Assembly (NCBI GenBank): GCA_026914245.1
Contig: CP110440.1
Location: forward strand, 3,596,001-3,660,000
Direction of reading: 5' to 3'
Length of the DNA stretch: 64,000 bases
Source: Puccinia triticina
Taxonomy: Eukaryota
Part shown: positions 61,933 to 64,000 of the stretch, one piece after another
Layout of the letters: the number at the start of each line of letters is the position of its first letter
Position numbering within the stretch: the first letter of the stretch is position 1
Program-made: the position numbers and the translations under genes
Notes under the pieces: model-generated
The model's database searches: none
What the model was told of the DNA's origin: nothing
Seen by the model: only the letters and a program-made list of their open reading frames with translations

Positions 61933-63001
61933 TAGTTTGGCACAGATAGCCGGAATAGTTGCATGTGGCAGTACTCCGGAATGGTATTAAGCCTAAGAGC
62001 AAAGTTGGGGCGGTTAACGCGGTAACAAACTGGGAAAGGAATATGTGGAAAAAGGGAATTGTCAGTAGTCAAGAGCAAAAAAGACGGCCGGAGGGGACTC
62101 GAAAAGGAAAAAGATGATCAAGTAACTCGAGTTGTCATGTTGACAGGGACGGAAAAGTAAGTTTTGTGTGGTCGGTATTAGGGAGGACTGAGGACCGAGT
62201 ATGGCTGAGATATTATCCTGGAGCCGAAGAGCGAGTCGGTTAACGAAAAGCATCCATCATCAGCTTGGTAGACCTGATTTGGGGGTGCCTGCAGGTTGCA
62301 GAGACAAAAGCAGGGGTGGCTTATAGGATGGGGTTGGGAATAGTGAACATGGAATGCTTGTTGCCGGAATGGTCGGTTGGTAAGTCGAATCAAGGAGGTA
62401 AAAGATGCTGTACAAGAACAAAGAATGGTGACCAAAGGGGCATTCAAAACCAGCGGTAGTTTGGCACAGATAGCGCGAATAGTCGCATGTGGCAGTCTTC
62501 CGGAATGGTATTGAGCCTAATGGCAAACTTAGGGGCGGTTGACGGGATAACAAACTGGCAAAGGAATATGTGGAAAAAGGGAATTGTGAGTAGTCAAGGG
62601 CAGAAACCAGGAGCAACGGAAAAAAAGTGGGCCGGAGGGTATTCAAAAAGGAAAATGTTGATCAAGTAACGCGAGTTATCATGTTGACAGGGATGGAAAA
62701 GTAAGTTTTGTGTGGTCGGTATTAGGGCTGACTGAGCACCGAGTATGGCTGAGACAATATACTGGAGCTGAGGAGCGAGTTGGTTAACGCAAAGCGTCCA
62801 TCATCAGCTTGGTGGCCTGATTTGGGGGTGCCTGCAGGTTGCAGAGACAAAAGCAGGGGTGGATTATAGGACGGGGTTGGGAATAGTGAACATGGAATGC
62901 TTTGTTGCCGGAATGAGCGATTGAATAATTTGTATCAACGAGATAAGAGAGGCTGTACAAGGACAAAGAGTGGTGACCATTGGGCATTCAAAGCCAGCAG
63001 T
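61933..63001. repeat. Diverged tandem duplication, ~525-540-bp unit
   Basis: AGTTTGGCACAGATAGC..GGGCATTCAAA block starts at about 61934 and again at 62458. Confidence 0.88.
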
Positions 63002-64000
63002 GGCATGAAAAGCCGGGGTTAGTAAGCTGCGTGGGCTCTGCAGTGAATGTGCACCGGGGGAGAGGGTATAAAAGGAGGTCATTTGTGGCTTGGTGAGACG
63101 GCAAGGCACGTGGGGGTTATTGATGGCCATGCCTAATAATTGTGCCCCCGCGACCGCCTGTTTCAATACCACCATAAATTTGCCGGTCTTGTGACTGTTG
63201 CTGCTTTTGGACATGTCATTGAACCCGATACAGGGGGAAATGCTGCCCGGAAATTTGCAGCGGCACCGAGCTGGTGAATTTATGGGGTTTAATCACCTCC
63301 CTTTCTCTGTTTGTCCAAAAGCGCTATCCTAAATTGTACCCCTCATACTCCTCAAAACCCTTCAAAACCATCACCTCTCCACCCCTCCCTTCCAACTCCT
63401 CAAGCCCCATACCCCCCCTCACAAACTTTCAACCTTGCATCGCTCATGCCCACCCATGCCACACCTCCTGCTCCCGCAGGGCGGAGGCCCCGCGACAGGC
63501 AACAACATGCCCAATGTGGACATGTATATACGTTGCTGAGGGCTCCTTGCCCAATGTCAACAACCAACTTGTGGAGAAGCGCAACCGGTTGGCTGACACT
63601 CTGACCCAAGATTGGGAAGCCTTGAGAGGGCCGTCTCCGGACAGGCCTCAAAGTCTTCCGGAGCCGCCCGAGCAGACTCCGTTAACGCCCTCCTTGTGGG
63701 GGTCAAGGAGATCGCAGAGAACATGGCCGGATTGGAGAAGAAGGTGGAGATGTTGTCTCCCACGACTTTTTCCAACATGACGGACCAAACCGCGGCGAGG
63801 CCTGCCATTCTATACCTGCCAGACCTATTCCTCTGTACTCGGAGAAGACCGCAAAGACACCAAATCCCAGGGCGCCAAAGAACTTACCGCCGGTTCCCCC
63901 CACCTCGTACATCAACAGATTTAAGCTGGGTCCAGTGGTCCTCAGGAAAAAGTTTGAGCAACCAAAACCATTCGAAGGTCTAACAGCGGCGGTTATATGC

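Overview
Eukaryotic, intron-rich, transposon-dense DNA most consistent with a rust fungus (Puccinia-like; inferred from the gene families, the short GT-AG introns and a TpCpG-specific mutation bias). Host-type genes, all on the minus strand: a secreted cutinase with a Gly/Ser-rich N-terminus (10.1-11.4 kb), a small Cys-patterned secreted protein (12.6-13.1 kb), a PL1 pectin lyase (40.9-43.2 kb) and an apparently intact 4-exon gene fusing an N-terminal header, a PD-(D/E)xK nuclease-like domain and a protein kinase (16.6-18.8 kb; Crinkler-like architecture). Decayed genes: a TET/JBP-like 2OG-Fe(II) dioxygenase, an OSTalpha/TMEM184-like fragment and a RhoGAP. Most of the rest is nested mobile DNA: solo LTRs, many MITEs, a three-level hAT/CACTA-like/hAT nest (31-37.4 kb) and a four-level nest (MITE in a chromoviral Ty3/Gypsy element, in a foldback element, in the 5' end of a Kyakuja-Dileera-Zisupton (KDZ/CxC1) transposon; 43.6-56.1 kb). 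Removing the nested insertions exposes a probable KDZ terminus whose motif is shared by four short elements with 8-9 bp target-site duplications elsewhere in the window, suggesting an autonomous/non-autonomous KDZ family. All family assignments are by-eye motif recognition; no database searches were run.
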